Below are positions 58,901 to 64,000 of a DNA stretch of 64,000 nt, piece after piece. Under the pieces are notes generated by a model. That model did not search any database. It saw nothing but the letters and a program-made list of their open reading frames with translations, and was not told the origin of the DNA. The DNA is from Macrostomum lignano (lineage: Eukaryota). The first letter of the stretch is position 1, and the number at the start of each line of letters is the position of its first letter. A program made the position numbers and the translations under genes. The stretch lies in contig NIVC01000031.1 in the NCBI GenBank assembly GCA_002269645.1, positions 558,001 to 622,000 of the forward strand, written 5' to 3'.

Positions 58901-61900
58901 TAAAGCAAGGTGACCTTGGTGATTGTTGGTAAGGCAAGGTGTCTACCAGTATGGCAAAACATGAAAAAAAATATTTTATTCAACTTCCAGATCACTTTAT
59001 ACGAAGGCCAAACAGAAATGGAGATGTTCTGTCGAGTGATCCGCGGCCCAGTTCGAACCAAAGATCTGATCTGGACGGCAATCAAAGGCGTGCCAATGCC
59101 GATTGACGAGGGCACGGACCGTCTGGTTCAGTTTGCGCTGAACGATCGCAAGGTGCTTCGGTTCAGTCGCGTAGTGAAATCAGACGCCAAAGAGTATCAC
59201 TGCTTTCCGAACGTTGCTGGAGAGGACGGCGCCAGTCTGAGCGTCAATATTACGGTGCTGGACAATCCCTGTCGCCAGTGCCACGCTCAGGCGTTCTGCA
59301 ATTACAGTCGGCCAGGATGTCAGTGCAGCCGCGGCTACTCAGGCGACGGGGTCAACAGGTGCGACAGGGCCAGCTGTATTGAGCAGCAGCTGTGCGATCC
59401 GGACACTGAGCTCTGCTTGTTTAATCGGGACACTGGCCAATACACATGCGAGTGCGCGCCTGGAATGGAACGGGTACAGGTGAGGTCGAATATCCTCGAC
59501 CAGCATCCTCGAGATATTCAACGATTCTTGTCGAGGACACTGGTGGCAAGGACAACCAACACTACACTGCATAAACCTTTCTGTGGAATCCATATTGGCT
59601 CAATAATCTCGGTCCATCTGTCGTAGAGGTCTTTGTACTCAGCATCCTAGACACCAGGGTCCCCTTCATCACCGCCTGGAGCATCGGCGGCGACCGTCGG
59701 GACCTTCAACAAAAGCACCAGATCGGCATCTCAGAGACGGCTGCGTTCCCAAAACTGAAATGGAAGAATCCTCTTCTGCATGCAGCATTCAGTCAGTAGA
59801 CATAATCGGTGAATGAAATGGACGACGGCGACTCTCTAGGCTGACCTGTAGACATACAGGCGACCTTCGGGACCTTCAACGGAGTGCCACCACGCGGCCC
59901 TGACGAGCTGACACCCCCAACATGGTACAGGACCATTGTATAATATGCAGACATGCCTGGTTTGGTGCCTTAATAAAAAAATCACGATGTTGGGGGTGCC
60001 AGCTCGTCGGGGCCGCATGGTGGCACTCCGTTGAAGGTCCCGAAGGTCGCCTGTATGTCTACAGGTCAGCCTAGAGAGTCGCCGTCGTCCATTTCATTCA
60101 CCGATTATGTCTACTGACTGAATGCTGCATGCAGAAGAGGATTCTTCCATTTCAGTTTTGGAAACGCAGCCGTCTCTGATACGCCGATGGGGTGTTTTCG
60201 TTGAAGGTCCCGACGGTCGCCGCCGATGCTCCAGACGGAGATGAAGGGGACCCTGGTGCCTGGGATGCTGAGAACAAAGGCCTCTACGACTGATATGCAT
60301 AGTTTGTCGAGCCGACGTGGTTTCATGATGAGATTTTGTGAGCAGAAAATTTTTCCAATGTTGGTGGTTTTTGCCACCAGACACCCCGAGGAAAACCGTT
60401 GAATATCTCGACGATGCCGATTTTTCGTGATTCTCAAAGTTGCTTCATCGAATAGAGCGGAAAATTTTAGTCCGTGTTCTGGATTTTCATGGCAATTGGT
60501 TGAATATTTTTGGAGATCCAGACAAAGGAAAATTGTGTGTATTTGAAATACACCCCCATAGTCTTTCTACTGTTAATGCTCATGCGCGAAAATTGGCCTG
60601 GGGGATTGTTTTGTAAAAAAAGTCAAAGGGGATTCTGTGTACCTTAACTATAGCTTGTATAGCTAAGGTGCGATGGGAGGTCTTCCCCTTCCTCCTCCGA
60701 AGGAGGAGTTCCACTCGTTTAGTATATGCATAACCTCTGCTTGGGCCTCGTAACTTCTATGGTGTCGCCCTAGGCAAGGATCAGGAAAATCCGGCCCTCG
60801 GGCCCTTTGAAACTTTTGAATAGTAACCTGTCCCACTCAATTTTTGTGTCTCCTCTCCCCTCTCTCCCCTCTCTCCCTTCTCTCCCTCTCTCCCCTCTTT
60901 CCCTTCTCTCCCCTCTCTCCCCTCTTTCCTCTTTTCCCTCTCTCCTCTCTCCCCTCTCTCCTCTTTCCCCCCTCCCCTCTCTCATCTCTCTTCTCTCCCT
61001 TCTCTCGTCTCTCCCTTCTTTTCTCCTCTTGCATTCTCTCTTTATCTCGCCTCTAGCCACGAGCTTGATTCTTCAATCTGATCGTTGAAGTAAAAATTTT
61101 TGCCGACACCTGCCCTAGGGGTTCATTGAAGACAAAATGGTTAAAATGGTGTAGCTTGGTTCAAGTTTAGTTTTATAGATTAGCTAAAACTACTAGTACT
61201 ATTCTATAGTAATACGTAAAATCAAAAAACCTCCAAATAACCCTGGATAACCGTCTCAATACAGTCGAAAATCTACAATAGAAACTGACTAATTAGCTGA
61301 CGAGGCTTCTCTGTTCATTTGCCACATTTTTACCCACGAAAGTACTTTAAGACTGTTGCGGAATCTAAAATCAGTCTGAAACCTCCGTGACAACTTAGGG
61401 CCGGTGCCAGCGCCGCCAAGAGGCCTGCACTGAGACCACCGGCTGTCACGCCAACGCCGAATGCGCTCTGGTCGACGGTCGCCGGCAGTGCCGCTGTCGG
61501 GAAGGCTTCAGCGGCGACGGCAAGCTCAGGTGCGAAAGAGACGGGCCCGGCTGTAACTTCTACAATCGATGTGTTAAGGTAAGACATTTTTGGTTGAGTT
61601 TTTCTGCAAGCTACATCATACACAATGACAATTACTCTAAAGCAGTCAATCATTTTGTCCTTACCACAGAACTCGGAGTGCAAGTACAGCGAGTTGGACA
61701 ACAAGTACCGATGCGTCTGCGCCAGCGGCTACTTTGGCCAAGGTGACACTTCTTGCAGAGCGTCAGTCTCCTGCGATACCTGTCGATTGAACGCCGGTAC
61801 CTGCGAGCAGGAGACGGTGGAGCATCGAAGACTCGACGGCAGGGTGGAGCAGGTTCAGCTGAGGGTCTGCCGCTGTCCACCTGGCAGGATGGAGGTCCTA

Positions 61901-63222
61901 ACTAGCTCCGGAGCGACTGTGTGCCGAACCCGAGCTCAAATCGGTCGGACTCTCTACGTAGCCCAGGGCGACGCCATCTTCCAGATGCCGGCTGACGATT
62001 CTCAGAGCGATTCGTCAACCGTTCGTCGACTGTTCATCGCAATGTCGTCGGCTTCGGCGGCCGCGTCGGGGCCCGGAGCACCCAGGCCCGGCTCTCCTGT
62101 GGTCGCTATGGACTACAATTGCAACAGAAAGCAGCTGGTGTGGTCAGTGTACGGCCATCCCAGATTGTACGCCGCCAGCACAGCCGATTCTGGCGCAGGC
62201 GGGCCCGTCAGCAGCACCTGGGTGCCGTTCGGCGAAGGCCTGGAGAAAGTAGAAGGCCTGGCGGTTGACTGGCAGACTGACAATGTCTATTACACGGCTC
62301 AGTATGTCAGCAAGGATGAAGCGACTAGGGGAGCCAGGTTTGGAGAGATCGGCGTGATCGCCTACAGACAGGGAGTCGCTTATAAGAAGGTGCTGTTTCG
62401 GGGACCAAAGGACGGCGTTGTTAGACCGCGCGGAATCGCAGTAGATCCGTTTCTCGGGTGAGTGACCTGACCTATTAAGATAACAGACTCACAGTTAATA
62501 TGAAATCTTCCTGAGCCATCTGCGTCTGTATTTCTTGCAGAAAAATTTACTACGCGGACTGGGACCGCACGGATCCGCGGGTGATGATGGCCAGCATGAA
62601 CGGTGCCAATCACGTCAAGCTGGTCAGCACTGGCGGCCCTCTGCCCAACGACGTTATCAGACGGTTCGACAGTCGCAACGAAGAGGTCTGTTACAGCATG
62701 GCCGATTTACCGCCGAACAGTTCGCTCCAGAACTTGTCAGCGGCTCGTCGTAATTCTTCGTCGACACAAGTAGCCGTCCAGTGCCTCTGGCGCCCGGTGC
62801 CCGACGTCGCCTACGTGGAGCGATCCAGACCGATCCGCATCGCCTGGTCGGGCGAACCGTTCGGCATGGCGTACGCCGAAGGCGGTGACTTCTACTGGAC
62901 CAATTGGTTAACGAATAAAATTGTCGGTCACAATGTCAACCTGAATCGAACGTTCGTTCGCGGACCGTTTGGCAGCTTGGAGAACCTGCTGTTGGGCGTC
63001 GCTGTGGACAGCGCCGCCTGTCCCGCCTCTGGCCAGCAGGTCTCCAGCGGCGAGCATCCCTGCGCTGACAGTCGCGGCTACGGCGACTGCAAGTACATCT
63101 GTTTGGCTGCGCCCAATCAGGGCGTCGAGTGCGTGTGCCCGGACAATGATCCCAAGTGCAACCCGTACATCAACAGGCCGACAGAGGCGAGCCGGGCTGC
63201 TGTGAAGAAAGCGATGATTTAA
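49911..63222 (+). CDS. NID: Nidogen/entactin-like basement-membrane protein, ~1672 aa: signal peptide, NIDO, EGF, G2F-like, EGF repeats, Ig-like, EGF repeats, YWTD propeller, EGF
   Basis: 13 exons join in frame with GT-AG: 49911-50243, 51274-51667, 52445-52668, 53814-54239, 54676-55260, 55508-55706, 56265-56545, 57473-57856, 58153-58206, 58991-59479, 61399-61578, 61670-62457, 62541-63222. NIDO-like AFVTYG...AGFY...SN..SGSWAFRL; EGF motifs (C.C..GY.GDG..C); YWTD-like repeats (LAVDWQTDNVYYT, IAVDPFLGKIYYADW, FYWTNW). Confidence 0.88.
50258..51200. repeat. 21-bp minisatellite ATTCTAATTGAATTGGGCGCC in NID intron 1
   Basis: Explains ORFs 50294-50713, 50298-50720 and 50909-51118. Confidence 0.92.
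51685..52400. repeat. 47-bp (and ~39-bp variant) minisatellite containing AGCCAATCAC in NID intron 2
   Basis: GATTGCTAATCTAGCCAATCACGGGTGATTAATAGGAATAGAATATG-type tandem units. Confidence 0.9.
52715..53755. repeat. 32-bp (and 23-bp variant) minisatellite CAGATAATCCACAGTCTCAGATGAGGCTACAT in NID intron 3
   Basis: Tandem copies visible. Confidence 0.92.
54306..54535. repeat. 28-bp minisatellite family, copy 3 (NID intron 4; some units with a 3-bp insertion)
   Basis: Same unit as 17570-17772 and 28914-29206. Confidence 0.88.
55290..55495. repeat. 23-bp minisatellite CTGACATTCTCCTGACATCACTG in NID intron 5
   Basis: Tandem copies visible. Confidence 0.88.
55720..56215. repeat. 25-bp minisatellite AAGCTCCAAGACACACCTGGGGTTT in NID intron 6
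   Basis: Tandem copies visible. Confidence 0.92.
56615..56735 (-). mobile_element. 3' fragment of the SINE family seen at 29980-30276
   Basis: GCACTTTAAGCGACATTGTC..CAACCGAC...GACTCCCCTGAGCAG is shared with ~29990-30060. Confidence 0.65.
58210..58945. repeat. 29-bp minisatellite GTGACCTTGGTGATTGTTGGTTAGGCAAG in NID intron 9
   Basis: Begins immediately after the donor at 58207. Confidence 0.92.
59501..60419. mobile_element. ~920-bp foldback/palindromic element (arms ~420 bp, spacer ~65 bp) in NID intron 10
   Basis: 59501-~59922 is the reverse complement of ~59987-60419; inner halves nearly identical, outer parts diverged. Confidence 0.85.
60845..61045. repeat. CT-rich low-complexity tract in NID intron 10
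   Basis: Directly visible. Confidence 0.9.
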
Positions 63223-63389
63223 CAGTTTGTGGACGCTTCGTTGTTAGAGACCTCAACTTGTTCATTGTTTTGACGTTGGTGAAATATTTTGCTGAATTGT
63301 TTCAATAGTTTTTTTCGTACAGTTGCATGACTAGAAATTAGCTATAGTAATTTTGCTGTGCGTTTTGCTATTCGTATTTAGTAGTGTGT

Positions 63390-63513
63390 ACACATGGACA
63401 GCTGAAGTTGAAGAACGCTGCGCTTGAGTTTCTTAGAAATCAGCTCGAGAAATTGAATTTTCTTTCCAAGAAATTCGAGTTGTAGCTTTATTCTGCCTCA
63501 ACTGTCCATGTGT
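63390..63513. mobile_element. Small hairpin/MITE-like element
   Basis: ACACATGGACAGCTGA at ~63390 and TCAACTGTCCATGTGT ending at ~63513 are inverted repeats. Confidence 0.5.
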
Positions 63514-64000
63514 GTTGAAATTTTAGCTAAACAATTTTAACTGTTATATTAAATCATTATTTCAACATTTAATCGGTCATATCGCTAGGCTAATTTTTTT
63601 CTTACATAAAATACATTTGACCAGGTTCTATAGGGTTCCTATTCGCATGTAGTGGTAAGCTGAGACTGATAATGAAAGTAATAAAGTAACGAAATGAACT
63701 CTTTTTTCCGATCACCAGCTTCTGTATTTGCTTTGGCTTAGTGGGCATATTATGACAAGAAGTCCAATTCATCGACTGCGATTGTTTGCACTTGATCTAT
63801 GCGTTGCTTTGGAAACCATATGCACAAGGCTCAGCTAGCCATCTGACTGCATGCCTGCTTGTAATGGGGAACACGAGCTATTTACTATATAGAGAGCGCA
63901 ACTGTCAGGTAGACAAATAGACTCAGGATCTCTGTGATTACGAGATTTCGTCGTTAATAATTAGTAGATCCACAAACTATGCAGCCAATAGCAGTTGGGG

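Noticed and set aside
61330-61704. 124-aa minus-strand ORF
   Set aside because: Antisense shadow of NID exons 61399-61578 and 61670 onward.

Overview
Eukaryotic, intron-containing, very repeat-rich animal DNA. Minisatellite-filled introns and the codon usage suggest a free-living flatworm such as Macrostomum; this is an inference. Seven protein-coding loci could be assembled by hand from splice sites and reading frames, all on the + strand: NOC4L (no recognisable 5' end), YJU2B/CCDC130 (in-frame TGA at a conserved Trp), an intronless DFD-motif protein kinase, TVP23, a stand-alone 2H phosphoesterase, TUBGCP4, and a 13-exon nidogen-like gene with an extra Ig domain. A minus-strand pseudogene (about 39.9-46.3 kb) is interrupted by about 8.9 copies of a ~661-bp tandem unit. 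Mobile DNA includes an RTE-type LINE remnant, Tc1 and mariner remnants, a Tc1/IS630-like deletion derivative, TA-flanked MITEs, two tRNA-derived SINE families and foldback/palindromic elements. The most unusual signal is compositional and is seen by eye, not computed: a CpG-free, CTAG-rich domain at about 7-12.5 kb; a G-rich array that decays progressively to A-rich; exon 'ghosts' full of nonsense substitutions but without indels; and repeated CpA>TpA differences between sibling repeat copies. Together these suggest a targeted C>T hypermutation process reminiscent of RIP or non-CG-methylation-driven deamination. All coordinates were counted manually and may be off by a few bases, especially at repeat edges.
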